Positions 50,740 through 60,920 of a DNA stretch of 64,000 bases are shown here, piece by piece (position 1 is the first letter of the stretch; each line of letters begins with the position of its first letter). Under the pieces are notes generated by a model that did no database searches, was not told the origin of the DNA, and worked only from the letters and a program-made list of their open reading frames with translations. The translations under genes and the position numbers were made by a program. Source of the DNA: 'Osedax' symbiont bacterium Rs2_46_30_T18 (lineage in GTDB: Bacteria; Pseudomonadota; Gammaproteobacteria; Pseudomonadales; Balneatricaceae); assembly GCA_002163025.1 (NCBI GenBank), contig MABF01000273.1, positions 4,456 to 68,455 of the forward strand, given 5' to 3'.

Positions 50740-50993
50740 AAGTAGACCAATGTGTAATTACTAAAATGGCCTATACTCTAAAAACTGCAGAATATGCATG
50801 CTTGTTTTTTGAACGCCAGCGGTCAGGATTTAAGCGAAATTAAGTTCGATAAGCTGACATGACGCATTTTTTTCTCAATTATATCTATATTTCTTGAATA
50901 GTTGCCTGAATGCCATTGAATATTTAAGGGTATTCCAAGATAATTAGCCACAATAATAACCTCTAAAATAACGCTTATTGATGAGAGCCTTAC

Positions 50994-52430
50994 ATGAGCA
51001 CCGTAACTGCACACCCACAATACGATTATAACGTGGTGCGCCAGTTTTCAATTATGACTGTAGTTTGGGGAATCGTCGGCATGTCCGTCGGCCTCCTGAT
51101 TGCGGCACAATTGGTCTGGCCACAATTAAATTTTGACACAGCCTGGTTGAGTTTTGGCCGATTGCGCCCCCTACATACCAATGCGGTAATTTTTGCATTT
51201 GGTGGCAGCGCGCTTTTCGCTACATCTTACTATATTGTCCAGCGAACCTGTCAGACAACACTCTTTGGTGGCTGGTTGATACCTTTCACTTTCTGGGGCT
51301 GGCAGCTAATCATTGTACTTGCTGTTATCACCCTGCCTATGGGTTTAACCTCTACTAAAGAGTACGCCGAATTAGAGTGGCCTATTGATATATTGCTGGC
51401 TCTGGTTTGGGTCAGTTATCTGATCGTTTTCGTAGGCACAGTACACAAGCGAAAAACATCACACATCTATGTGGGCAATTGGTTCTTTATGGCCTTTATT
51501 ATCGTGGTACTGGTACTGCACATAGTAAACAGTGCCGCAGTCCCTATCTCGATGTGGAAGTCTTACTCGGTTTACCCGGGCGCTATCGATGCCATGGTGC
51601 AGTGGTGGTATGGTCACAATGCCGTAGGGTTTTTCCTTACAGCGGGCTTTTTGGGAATGATGTACTATTTTGTTCCCAAGCAATCTGGACGTCCTATCTA
51701 CTCTTACCGCCTCTCGATCGTGCATTTTTGGGCACTGATCGCGACATACATCTGGGCTGGCGGACACCATTTGCACTATACTGCTCTTCCGGACTGGACT
51801 CAGTCGGTAGCTATGGTTATGTCTCTAATCTTGCTGGCTCCATCGTGGGGTGGAATGATCAACGGCATGATGACGTTGTCTGGCGCTTGGCATAAACTGC
51901 GCACTGACCCTATTCTACGCTTTTTGGTTGTCTCTCTTTCCTTCTACGGTATGTCGACTTTCGAAGGCCCGATGATGGCGATCAAGACAGTTAATGCGCT
52001 TTCGCACTTCACTGACTGGACTATAGGTCACGTACACGCCGGCGCCCTTGGCTGGGTAGCGATGATTTCTATTGGTGCAACTTATCACATGGTGCCCAAA
52101 GTATTTGGTAAAGCGCAAATGTTCAGCACTAATCTGATCAATATTCACTTCTGGCTGGCGACTGCCGGTACAGTACTGTACATCTGTGCGATGTGGGTCA
52201 ACGGTATCTTGCAGGGATTGATGTGGCGCGCAGTAAACGGTGACGGTACTCTCGCGTACAGTTTCGTTGATGCACTTCAAGCAAGCCATCCAGGATACTT
52301 TGTACGCTGGCTGGGCGGTTGCCTCTGGGTTGCGGGTATGTTGATCATGGCGTACAACGTATGGCGCACAGTACGCAGCGAAAAGCTCGCTGCAGAAAAA
52401 GACCTCAACTCTACTACCCAAACTGCTTAA
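50994..52430 (+). CDS. ccoN: cbb3-type cytochrome c oxidase subunit I
   Basis: 12-TM heme-copper oxidase with [10 protein letters not shown] and the HHLHYT and GHVH ligand motifs. Confidence 0.95.
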   Translation: MSTVTAHPQYDYNVVRQFSIMTVVWGIVGMSVGLLIAAQLVWPQLNFDTAWLSFGRLRPLHTNAVIFAFGGSALFATSYYIVQRTCQTTLFGGWLIPFTFWGWQLIIVLAVITLPMGLTSTKEYAELEWPIDILLALVWVSYLIVFVGTVHKRKTSHIYVGNWFFMAFIIVVLVLHIVNSAAVPISMWKSYSVYPGAIDAMVQWWYGHNAVGFFLTAGFLGMMYYFVPKQSGRPIYSYRLSIVHFWALIATYIWAGGHHLHYTALPDWTQSVAMVMSLILLAPSWGGMINGMMTLSGAWHKLRTDPILRFLVVSLSFYGMSTFEGPMMAIKTVNALSHFTDWTIGHVHAGALGWVAMISIGATYHMVPKVFGKAQMFSTNLINIHFWLATAGTVLYICAMWVNGILQGLMWRAVNGDGTLAYSFVDALQASHPGYFVRWLGGCLWVAGMLIMAYNVWRTVRSEKLAAEKDLNSTTQTA

Positions 52431-52442
52431 GGAGCCAACACA

Positions 52443-53063
52443 ATGCTAAAGCATGAATCTATCGAAAAACACGTTGGCTTGATGGCACTGCTAATCATTT
52501 TAGTGATTAGCGGTGGCGGATTAGCTGAAATCGTACCTTTGTTCTTCCAAGTGTCTACCACTAAGCCTATCGAAGGTTTAAAACCTTACACTGCACTAGA
52601 AATGGAAGGTCGTGACATCTATATCCGCGAGGGCTGTCACGTCTGTCACTCGCAAATGATTCGCCCGTTCAGAGCCGAGACCGAGAGATACGGTCATTTC
52701 TCTACCGCCAACGAATTTGTTTGGGAGCACCCTTTCCTTTGGGGCTCTAAGCGTACTGGCCCGGATTTAGCCCGTGTTGGCGGTCGCTACTCCGACGACT
52801 GGCATCGCGCCCATCTGTACAACCCTCGTGATGTTGTACCTGAATCAAAAATGCCGAGCTACCCTTGGTTGTTTAAAAACAAACTTACAGGGTCTGATAC
52901 AGCGGCAAAATTAGAGTTATTTAGCAAATTTGGCGTACCTTACACTGCAGAGCAAATAGAAAATGCTCAAGATGAAGTGTCCGGCAGATATGAGATTGAA
53001 GCGGTTATCGCCTACTTGCAGTCTCTTGGTAAAAAACATTCAGAATATAGCAACAAACGGTAA
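52443..53063 (+). CDS. ccoO: cbb3-type cytochrome c oxidase subunit II (monoheme)
   Basis: It has an N-terminal TM segment and [20 protein letters not shown] (a CxxCH heme site). Confidence 0.95.
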   Translation: MLKHESIEKHVGLMALLIILVISGGGLAEIVPLFFQVSTTKPIEGLKPYTALEMEGRDIYIREGCHVCHSQMIRPFRAETERYGHFSTANEFVWEHPFLWGSKRTGPDLARVGGRYSDDWHRAHLYNPRDVVPESKMPSYPWLFKNKLTGSDTAAKLELFSKFGVPYTAEQIENAQDEVSGRYEIEAVIAYLQSLGKKHSEYSNKR

Positions 53064-53069
53064 ATCACT

Positions 53070-53264
53070 GTGAGTTACGAAGTTTACGGCCCCTATATAC
53101 CTTTAGTGATGTTAATCACTTTCTTGGCTCTTTTTATCTGGGTGTTACTGCCGAGCAATAAAAAGAGCTTTGATGATGCAGCAAATCTACCTTTTGAAGA
53201 GGACGGTTTTGACCCCGCCTCTGCTGGGGAAAAAGCTGGGGACAACGACAGGAGAGAGACATAA
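53070..53264 (+). CDS. ccoQ: cbb3-type cytochrome oxidase small subunit CcoQ
   Basis: A 64-aa single-TM peptide between ccoO and ccoP. The start is GTG. Confidence 0.8.
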   Translation: MSYEVYGPYIPLVMLITFLALFIWVLLPSNKKSFDDAANLPFEEDGFDPASAGEKAGDNDRRET

Positions 53265-54163
53265 TGAGCCCTTTTTGGAGTGCTTGGATATCCATCATTA
53301 CACTGGCCGTTATTTTCGGCTGTGCCGCTTTGCTGCTTTCTATCAGCAAAGGCGAAAAATTTAAAGATACTACAGAAGAGACTACTGGCCACGTATTTGA
53401 CGGCATTGAAGAATTAGACAATCCACTGCCTAAGTGGTGGTTTTGGATGTTTATGGCCACTGTTATCTACTCTGTCGGCTATCTAATCGTCTACCCTGGC
53501 CTAGGCAACTATAAAGGCATTATTGGTTGGACTTCCACCGGCCAATGGGAAGAGGAAATGCAGTATGCTGACAATCACTACGCTCCCATCTTTGCCAAAT
53601 ACGCGGCGCTACCAGCAGAAGAGCTATTAAAGGATGAAAACCGTCAGGGCCTATTAATGGGCCAGCGAATGTTTGCTAATAACTGCTCAGTCTGCCACGG
53701 GGTAGCGGCTACTGGCGCCTATGGTTTCCCAAATCTTACCGATACTGACTGGCTGTATGGGGGATCTGTCGATACCATCAAAGCGACCATCACTAACGGA
53801 CGCGTGGGAGCGATGCCTAGCTGGGCCTCGAAACTCGGCGAAGCTGGTGTCAGAGACATGGCCAGTTATGTATTGAACCTAAGTGGCGCTGAAAACGTCG
53901 ATGCTCAAGCCGTGGCTCGTGCCGAACCTAAGTTCCAGGCGCTTTGTATCGCCTGTCACGGAGCCGATGGCAAAGGCACCCAGGCGCTTGGCGCACCAAA
54001 CCTGACAGATAATGTTTGGTTGTACGGTGGCTCTTATGAAAAGATTGCCCATACTATTCGCATGGGACGTGCCGGTAACATGCCTGCACACAAAGAGCTA
54101 TTGAGTGACAACAAAATAAACCTTATTGCCGGTTATGTTTACAGCTTGTCGCAGCAGAAATAA
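53264..54163 (+). CDS. ccoP: cbb3-type cytochrome c oxidase subunit III (diheme)
   Basis: It has an N-terminal TM segment and two CxxCH sites (CSVCHG, CIACHG). Confidence 0.95.
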   Translation: MSPFWSAWISIITLAVIFGCAALLLSISKGEKFKDTTEETTGHVFDGIEELDNPLPKWWFWMFMATVIYSVGYLIVYPGLGNYKGIIGWTSTGQWEEEMQYADNHYAPIFAKYAALPAEELLKDENRQGLLMGQRMFANNCSVCHGVAATGAYGFPNLTDTDWLYGGSVDTIKATITNGRVGAMPSWASKLGEAGVRDMASYVLNLSGAENVDAQAVARAEPKFQALCIACHGADGKGTQALGAPNLTDNVWLYGGSYEKIAHTIRMGRAGNMPAHKELLSDNKINLIAGYVYSLSQQK

Positions 54164-54185
54164 CGATTCAAGACAGATAAATAAG

Positions 54186-54216
54186 GCGCTATAACTTAGT
54201 TATAGCGCTTTTTTTT
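54186..54216 (+). terminator. Rho-independent terminator after ccoP
   Basis: A 10-bp stem GCGCTATAAC/GTTATAGCGC with a 3-nt loop, followed by T8. Confidence 0.8.
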
Positions 54217-54452
54217 CGGTTACTGCCTGTAGCTCAAAAACACAAACAGTCAGACACTCCATATGCATCAAAAATAACAATTCACTAATCTACTTGTATC
54301 TATTGCTAAACCAGCAAATAGGCCGTTTGCTTAATAAAGATAGCGAGTAGCGACAGTTCAGCCATATAGCGCTAAAATCAAGGGGTATACGGCAACTATT
54401 AACTATTGCCAACAAACCTTATAGACAAGTTTTGAGCCCAAGTGGACAACAG

Positions 54453-55865
54453 ATGAAGCAAATCCCAGTCAACGACATAACCCCTAAGCCCACCAGAGAA
54501 GTCGAAACTTACGACTTATACGCAAAACGTGAGCACATCTACGTAAAGTTTTATAAAGGTATTTATAAGAACCTGCGAATCATCTCAGGGGCTATAATGC
54601 TGGTTTTGTTTTACGGCTCACCTTGGATCCAATGGGGTGACCGACAGGCGATATTATTCGACTTACCCAGTCGTCAGTTTCATGTCTTTAGTGCTACTTT
54701 TTGGCCACAAGATTTCATTCTGTTATCCGGGCTATTAATTATTCTGACCTTTGTGCTGTTTGTGGCCACTGTCTTTGCCGGGCGACTCTGGTGCGGCTAC
54801 GCCTGTCCGCAGTTTGTCTGGACGTGGTTATTTATCTGGGCTGAGCGGATCACAGAAGGAGACCGCAACCAGCGCATGCGCCAGGATAAGAAACCTATGA
54901 CAGCTGTGCTCTGGTGCCGCAAACTTGCCAAACACAGCATTTGGTTTGTTCTCTCTATTACTACCGCCCTGGCTTTTGTTGGCTACTTCACTCCGATACG
55001 CGAACTCACCCCCAGCTTTTTGTCGCTCGCCTTGGGCCCCTGGGAACTCTGGTGGATTGGCTTTATCGCAGTAGCCACTTATGGCAATGCCGGCTGGTTG
55101 CGAGAGCAAGTGTGTATTTATATGTGCCCCTATGCACGTTTTCAAAGTGTTATGTTTGACAGCAACACGCTGATTATTTCCTACGATGAAAAGCGCGGCG
55201 AAAGCCGCGGTAAACGCAGCCGAAAAACCGACTATGTCGCCGAGGGGCTTGGAGACTGCATCGACTGCAACCATTGTGTTAACGTCTGCCCAACCGGTAT
55301 TGACATACGTGATGGCCTGCAAATTGAATGCGTTGCATGCGGCGCCTGCGTCGATGCCTGCGATGACATTATGGGCCGCATAGGCTATGCCAAAGGCCTG
55401 ATCAAATACACCACAGAAACCAATTTAGAAGGGGGCGATACTCGAATTTTACGCCCCAAGCTACTCTCTTATCTACTGATCGTGATCGCCATGATGGTCT
55501 ATTTCGGTTATGTTATTTTTGATCGAAAGCCTATTGAGGTCGACGTGCACAGGGACAGGAGCCAGATGTTTATTGAAGTATCAGATCATCTTATAGAGAA
55601 TGCCTATACCCTGAAAATTGCCAACAAAGGAAACAGCGACGAGCGCTTTATAATATCGATAAGCGGAATTCAAGGAATACAATTGATGAGCGGCGCCACA
55701 GTGCTGGTCGAGGCGGGAGAACTGATCGACTACCCTATCAGAATACGTGCCAGTAGCTATGAAATAAATCAGCGCAATACACCGATCGACATTCGGGTTG
55801 AAGCTGTTTCTGACCCCGATACACATGCGGTAACAGAAAGCCGCTTTATGGCACCCGTCAATTGA
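54453..55865 (+). CDS. ccoG: Cytochrome c oxidase accessory protein CcoG/FixG (polyferredoxin-like)
   Basis: It has TM segments and two 4Fe-4S motifs (CIDCNHCVNVCP, CVACGACVDAC). I chose the ATG at 54453; the ORF track begins at a TTG at 54432. Confidence 0.9.
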   Translation: MKQIPVNDITPKPTREVETYDLYAKREHIYVKFYKGIYKNLRIISGAIMLVLFYGSPWIQWGDRQAILFDLPSRQFHVFSATFWPQDFILLSGLLIILTFVLFVATVFAGRLWCGYACPQFVWTWLFIWAERITEGDRNQRMRQDKKPMTAVLWCRKLAKHSIWFVLSITTALAFVGYFTPIRELTPSFLSLALGPWELWWIGFIAVATYGNAGWLREQVCIYMCPYARFQSVMFDSNTLIISYDEKRGESRGKRSRKTDYVAEGLGDCIDCNHCVNVCPTGIDIRDGLQIECVACGACVDACDDIMGRIGYAKGLIKYTTETNLEGGDTRILRPKLLSYLLIVIAMMVYFGYVIFDRKPIEVDVHRDRSQMFIEVSDHLIENAYTLKIANKGNSDERFIISISGIQGIQLMSGATVLVEAGELIDYPIRIRASSYEINQRNTPIDIRVEAVSDPDTHAVTESRFMAPVN

Positions 55866-56043
55866 CGGTATTAGCCTTACTTATCTTTTTTTCCAGCGCA
55901 GCCTCTGTGCGCTGTTACTTCTTTGACAAAGGTGTTCTAGATTAAAATATATTGCCCTTGCAGAGGCGATCATTTATCGCAGAACAGCACAAGTTAAGGT
56001 AGTATACGCGCATATTTTTAATACGAGTTTGACCAATTCAACT

Positions 56044-56565
56044 ATGAAAACTGAACAAGAATACGCCCTCGATCCTTGGTATAAACAGCCCTGGTTATTA
56101 TTAGCGATGATCCCGTTAGTTGCCACCGTCATTGCCGGAACAACCTTCCTCGTGGTGTCCATAGTCAGCTCCGATGGCATAGTTAAAGATGATTATTATC
56201 GTGAGGCTCGCGGCTATATCAGCGATCCGACCAAACTGCAGGCCGCCTACGACAAAAAGATTACCGCAGAGCTGTCTGTCGACAACCTCACGGGGGATTT
56301 GTCGCTGCGCTTAGGCGGTAAATTCGCAGACTATCCGAGTGTTATTACGCTTGATTTTGTCTCGCCAACCCACCAAAAATACGATTTGAGTATCGCTCTC
56401 AGGCAAGTGGCCGGACAGCCGTTTTACCTCGGATCTTTAGCGGCGCCAATCAATGGTAAGCGCTATATCATGATTAACCCGGGGGATGCCAGCTGGCGAC
56501 TTCGCAGCGAAATAAACCCACCTTTCGAGCAGCGAAAATTCTCCTTAAGGGCAGAGAAACCTTAG
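56044..56565 (+). CDS. ccoH: FixH/CcoH family assembly protein
   Basis: PWYKQPWLLLAMIPLVATVIAG is an N-terminal TM segment. Its position between ccoG and ccoI supports the call. The start may be 56029 or 56044. Confidence 0.8.
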   Translation: MKTEQEYALDPWYKQPWLLLAMIPLVATVIAGTTFLVVSIVSSDGIVKDDYYREARGYISDPTKLQAAYDKKITAELSVDNLTGDLSLRLGGKFADYPSVITLDFVSPTHQKYDLSIALRQVAGQPFYLGSLAAPINGKRYIMINPGDASWRLRSEINPPFEQRKFSLRAEKP

Positions 56566-56569
56566 ATAT

Positions 56570-59023
56570 ATGGATAGTCTTGAAGTACCAGAGCACCTTT
56601 GTTATCACTGCCTGTTAGACATTCCTAAACACAGTAATTTCAGTGTGCTGATCGATGGTATCAGCCGGGCCATGTGCTGCCCAGGTTGCTCGGCAGTCGC
56701 ACAAACTATCATAGATAGCGGCCTACACAATTACTACCGACATCGCACTGATAACTCAGCTAGCCAGAGCCTGGACTTACAGTCTCTCGTTCCAGAAGAA
56801 CTGGCGTTATACAATAGCGACAAAGTACAAGGCAGTTTTGTAAACAGTAGCGCAGATGGTCTCAAGGAGGCTACTTTAGTCATCGAAGGCATCACTTGCG
56901 CCGCCTGCATCTGGCTGTTAGAACACCATTTACAGAAGCAGCCCGGCGTACAGAGCTTCTCAGTCAACATGAGCAACCACCGTGCGCAGATCAGTTGGCA
57001 ACCAGGTGAAATCCAACTCAGCGAGATCCTAACCAAGATATATCAGATAGGCTACCGTGGTCATCCGTACCGACCCGACATCGAAGAGCAATTACTAGCG
57101 CGTGAGCAAAAACGTGCCATGCTTCGCCTCGGTGTTGCCGGCGTTGGTATGATGCAAGTACTGGCACTGGCAATAGCACTTTACGCCGGCGACTTTCAGG
57201 GTATAGCAACTGGCACTGAACAATGGCTGCGCTGGAGCAGCTTTATTATTTGCACCCCGATTATTCTCTATGCCGCCCTGCCCTTCTTCAGCGCGGCCTA
57301 CCGTGACCTTAAAACCCGCCACTTGAGCATGGATGTGCCAGTATCTATCGCTATAGGTGGTGCCTTTGTTGCCAGCGCCTGGGCCACCATCAGCCAAAGC
57401 GGTGAAATTTATTTCGACTCAGTATCCATGTTCACTTTCTTTTTACTGTTTGGCCGCTACCTTGAAATGCAGGCCAGGCACCGCACCGGGCGTGCCGGTA
57501 ACGCGCTGCAAAATCTATTGCCACAAGCGGCGATTAAACTGATGCAGGATGATCAGGGCGACAGTATAGAGCAGCTGATATCCGCAGCAGAGCTGGAGGT
57601 CGGCGATCGAATTTTAGTCAAACCCGGCCAGTTGATCCCCGCTGATGCAACCATTGACAGCGGATTCTCCAGTATTGATGAATCAGCGCTCACCGGTGAG
57701 TATATGCCGCAGCAACGCTCAGTCGGCGAAGCGGTAGTGGGCGGCACTTTGAACGTTGAGAACCCAATCCAATTGACTGTCACCCATGTCGGCAGTCAGA
57801 CCCAATTATCGGCGATAGTGCGTCTGCTGGAGCGCGCCGCCAGCGAAAAACCGAAAATGGCCAAACTTGCCGACAAAGTAGCCAACTACTTTGTCGCCTG
57901 TGTGCTATTGGCCGCCATTGTCGTCAGTATCAGCTGGTACTTTATTGACCCAGGCAAAGCTTTCTGGATCACTCTTTCTGTATTAGTGGTCACTTGCCCC
58001 TGTGCACTTTCTCTGGCCACACCTACAGCCTTGACCACAGCCACCGGAAACTTGCGCCAGCGAGGACTGTTGATTACCCGCGGTCACGTGCTGGAAAATT
58101 TAGCGCAGTGCACAGATATTGTCTTCGACAAGACAGGTACTTTGACTCAGGGGAATCTGTGCATCGAAAAAACCATCGCCGCAGATCCTCAATCCGCCCT
58201 ACAAATAGCGGCTGCCCTGGAAGCTAATTCAGAGCATCCAATTGCCCAGGCCTTTCGGTTTTACCTGCAGCGCAGCGCCGATAATATTGCTGTTACTCTC
58301 GGCGAGGGGATCGAGGGATTTGTCCAGGGCAAGCTGTATCGGATTGGCAAGCCTGATTTTTCTGCGCAACTGCTGGGAAAGGAATTAGTCTATTCGATGC
58401 CAGAACAAGACGGCCACTGGCTACTGTTATGTGATGAGAGTCAAATTATAGGCTGGTTCCTGATTGGCGACAGCTTGCGCCCGGACAGCAAATTCTGCGT
58501 TGATACTTTGAAGCAACTGGGTATCAATGTACACATGCTCACCGGTGATAGCTCCTGCAGTGCGCCGTTGATTGCCGCTGAGCTCGGGATTGAGCGAGTT
58601 TGCGCAGGTGCCAGTCCCGAGAAAAAATCACAGTATATCCAGACCCTTCAACACCAGGGAGCCAAAGTGTTAATGATTGGTGATGGCATCAATGATTTAC
58701 CGGTGCTTGCGGGAACCCAAACTTCTATCGCCATGGGTAGCGCCTCAGATCTGGCAAAAACCCATGCCGATGCCGTATTGACCAGCGGTGAGTTGGCGGT
58801 AATTGCTCAGGCGGTACTGCTGGCGAAAAAAACTAATAAGGTCATTAGGCAAAATATCGGCTGGGCTTTTGGCTACAACATGACCGCCCTGCCCCTGGCA
58901 GCCTTCGGTTTGATCCCCCCTTATGCCGCTGCCATCGGCATGTCGCTAAGCTCATTACTGGTTGTTACTAATGCACTGCGTCTAGGTAAAAATATAATTG
59001 ATAAACAGAGGCGGAATCCCTGA
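56570..59023 (+). CDS. ccoI: Copper-translocating P1B-type ATPase CcoI/FixI
   Basis: It has N-terminal Cys-rich and CxxC metal-binding regions (GITCAAC), TGE, the CPC motif (VTCPCAL), DKTGTLT and GDGINDLP. Confidence 0.92.
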   Translation: MDSLEVPEHLCYHCLLDIPKHSNFSVLIDGISRAMCCPGCSAVAQTIIDSGLHNYYRHRTDNSASQSLDLQSLVPEELALYNSDKVQGSFVNSSADGLKEATLVIEGITCAACIWLLEHHLQKQPGVQSFSVNMSNHRAQISWQPGEIQLSEILTKIYQIGYRGHPYRPDIEEQLLAREQKRAMLRLGVAGVGMMQVLALAIALYAGDFQGIATGTEQWLRWSSFIICTPIILYAALPFFSAAYRDLKTRHLSMDVPVSIAIGGAFVASAWATISQSGEIYFDSVSMFTFFLLFGRYLEMQARHRTGRAGNALQNLLPQAAIKLMQDDQGDSIEQLISAAELEVGDRILVKPGQLIPADATIDSGFSSIDESALTGEYMPQQRSVGEAVVGGTLNVENPIQLTVTHVGSQTQLSAIVRLLERAASEKPKMAKLADKVANYFVACVLLAAIVVSISWYFIDPGKAFWITLSVLVVTCPCALSLATPTALTTATGNLRQRGLLITRGHVLENLAQCTDIVFDKTGTLTQGNLCIEKTIAADPQSALQIAAALEANSEHPIAQAFRFYLQRSADNIAVTLGEGIEGFVQGKLYRIGKPDFSAQLLGKELVYSMPEQDGHWLLLCDESQIIGWFLIGDSLRPDSKFCVDTLKQLGINVHMLTGDSSCSAPLIAAELGIERVCAGASPEKKSQYIQTLQHQGAKVLMIGDGINDLPVLAGTQTSIAMGSASDLAKTHADAVLTSGELAVIAQAVLLAKKTNKVIRQNIGWAFGYNMTALPLAAFGLIPPYAAAIGMSLSSLLVVTNALRLGKNIIDKQRRNP

Positions 59024-59256
59024 TGGAAATACTCCCTTTTCTGCTTGGCATCTCAGTGTTCTTTTTCTTTGCTGCTATCGCTTTTTTCTTCTGGAGCGTA
59101 AACAACGGCCAGTATGATGACCTTGAATCGCCAGCCCACAAAATACTGTTTGATGACGATGATGAGTTAATCCCCGACGATATCAAAAGCACTGTCGCTA
59201 ATGATCAAAAAAATACAGTTAAATCCAATTCAAAAACCTCCCCTGAGGAGCGCTAA
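59023..59256 (+). CDS. ccoS: cbb3 oxidase maturation protein CcoS/FixS
   Basis: A small single-TM protein, FFFWSVNNGQYDDLESPAHKILFDDD. Its start overlaps the ccoI stop. Confidence 0.85.
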   Translation: MEILPFLLGISVFFFFAAIAFFFWSVNNGQYDDLESPAHKILFDDDDELIPDDIKSTVANDQKNTVKSNSKTSPEER

Positions 59257-59933
59257 TGTTTGACACACTCTCTCTGGGCAGTGCATTCTTTCTCGGCGTA
59301 CTGGGTAGCGCGCACTGCATAGGTATGTGCGGTGGGATAGCCTCCAGTATCGCCCTGACCAGTAACGCCAATAAAACCCGCAGCTTGCTATTTTATAATT
59401 TCGGTCGAATCAGTAGTTATGCAGCTGCCGGCGCCATTCTCGGCTCTGTGGATTATCTGTTTCGACACGGCGCTATGGAAAGCTATTTACGATTGTTCGC
59501 CGCACTGATGCTTATCGCTATGGGCTTGTACGTCGCTCAATGGTGGCGCGGGCTGACCAAAATAGAAACGCTGGGCCACAAACTCTGGCGCTTTATCAGC
59601 CCCGCCGCCAGCAAACTGTTACCGGTCAGCAACCTCAGGCAGGCCTTCACCTTAGGTATATTTTGGGGGTGGCTACCCTGCGGCCTAGTGTACAGTACTC
59701 TGATCTGGAGCAGCGCCGCTAATAGCAGCACTCAAAGTGCACTGTTGATGCTGTTCTTCGGACTGGGCACTCTGCCAGCGATGATGACCACCAGTCTGCT
59801 GGCGAAACAGCTAAAGAGCCTATTGAGCAAGCGCATCAGCCAGCAAATCAGCGGTGCCGCCATTGTCGCGTTTGGTCTTTACAGTATTCCCTGGCGCGGC
59901 TTAATCAGTATTCTGGATGCTCCTGTGATATGA
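59256..59933 (+). CDS. TauE/SafE (DsbD_2-like) family membrane protein
   Basis: A six-TM protein with GSAHCIGMCGG near the N-terminus. It occupies the conserved position after ccoS, as in Pseudomonas. Confidence 0.75.
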   Translation: MFDTLSLGSAFFLGVLGSAHCIGMCGGIASSIALTSNANKTRSLLFYNFGRISSYAAAGAILGSVDYLFRHGAMESYLRLFAALMLIAMGLYVAQWWRGLTKIETLGHKLWRFISPAASKLLPVSNLRQAFTLGIFWGWLPCGLVYSTLIWSSAANSSTQSALLMLFFGLGTLPAMMTTSLLAKQLKSLLSKRISQQISGAAIVAFGLYSIPWRGLISILDAPVI

Positions 59934-60688
59934 ATAACATTCTGTTTATCTGCGCTTTGGCAGAGGAAAAAACCGCTCTGACAAAAATGTTGGGCCCGTT
60001 AATAGAACAACATTTAATCAGCGCGCCGCTGCAGTTGAACCTACAGCAGTACCGTCAGCAGCAGCTAGATATCTACGTCTGTGAGTCCGGCATGGGCAAT
60101 GTCAATGCCGGGGTTAAACTGGCGCTGATCCTTGCGGCGCAGGAAATTGGGCAAATAGTATTGGTCGGTGTCGGTGGCGCACTTAGCTCTGCGTTAGAGA
60201 TCGGTGAAATGGTGATTAGCGACAGTGTCATCCAACACGACTATTACTCATCACTCGATCAGGGTGACTACTTAATGCGCCCGGGAGAACTGATTTTGGA
60301 ACCTGCTCAGGCGCAAAGTCACGACCCAATAATACGCTCCGTCGCTTCACAGCTGGATCTGGGGTCACTACAACATTCCCAGGTAAAAGTCAGTTATGGC
60401 CTGATCGCTTCAGGATGTGAGTTTGTGGGTACTGCCACTCGTAAACAAGCTATCCACCATCAGTGTCAACATGCGTTATTAGTCGATATGGAAGCCTGCG
60501 CTATCGCCCAAGTGGCCCAGCAGCACAACATTCCTTTTGTCATCGCTAAGACTGTTTCTGATAAATTGCACAGCGATGGCTCCATTGGCAGTGACTTCAG
60601 CAGTTTTCTCAGTAACGCCAGTCGTAATGCCGCTATTATCGCCGCCCTGATTATCGACAAAGCTTGCGCACTGCAGCTACAAAAATAA
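59930..60688 (+). CDS. Divergent PNP_UDP_1 family nucleosidase (MTA/SAH nucleosidase-like)
   Basis: It is collinear with MtnN: EEK..L, SGMGNVNAG (cf. SGIGKVAA), VGVGGAL, VDMEACAIAQVAQQHNIPFVIAKTVSD (cf. [27 protein letters not shown]). Identity is low. It overlaps the TauE-like gene by 4 nt. Confidence 0.65.
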   Translation: MNNILFICALAEEKTALTKMLGPLIEQHLISAPLQLNLQQYRQQQLDIYVCESGMGNVNAGVKLALILAAQEIGQIVLVGVGGALSSALEIGEMVISDSVIQHDYYSSLDQGDYLMRPGELILEPAQAQSHDPIIRSVASQLDLGSLQHSQVKVSYGLIASGCEFVGTATRKQAIHHQCQHALLVDMEACAIAQVAQQHNIPFVIAKTVSDKLHSDGSIGSDFSSFLSNASRNAAIIAALIIDKACALQLQK

Positions 60689-60920
60689 TCTAATTAATAC
60701 TCGTTAGCGGCGCTAAAAATCAATACAATAGTCGACCTTTAATCATTCATACCGTTCTGTTTGCAGCATCAACTTGCTGCGAGATCCAGTTGATCTGCGC
60801 AATATCAGCAGCTTCTGCAGCAAACAGTCGCTGCAGAATATTGCCGGCACCGAAGCCAGTGAACGACCAATTGGACCATTAAACTGTCAACAATACGTTA
60901 CTTCTGAGGATATGCTGCAC

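Noticed and set aside
50740-50993. Expected FNR/Anr box (TTGAT-N4-ATCAA) upstream of ccoN
   Set aside because: I saw only half-site-like strings (for example TTGATGAGAG, adjacent to the start codon) and no palindromic match. No regulatory call is made.
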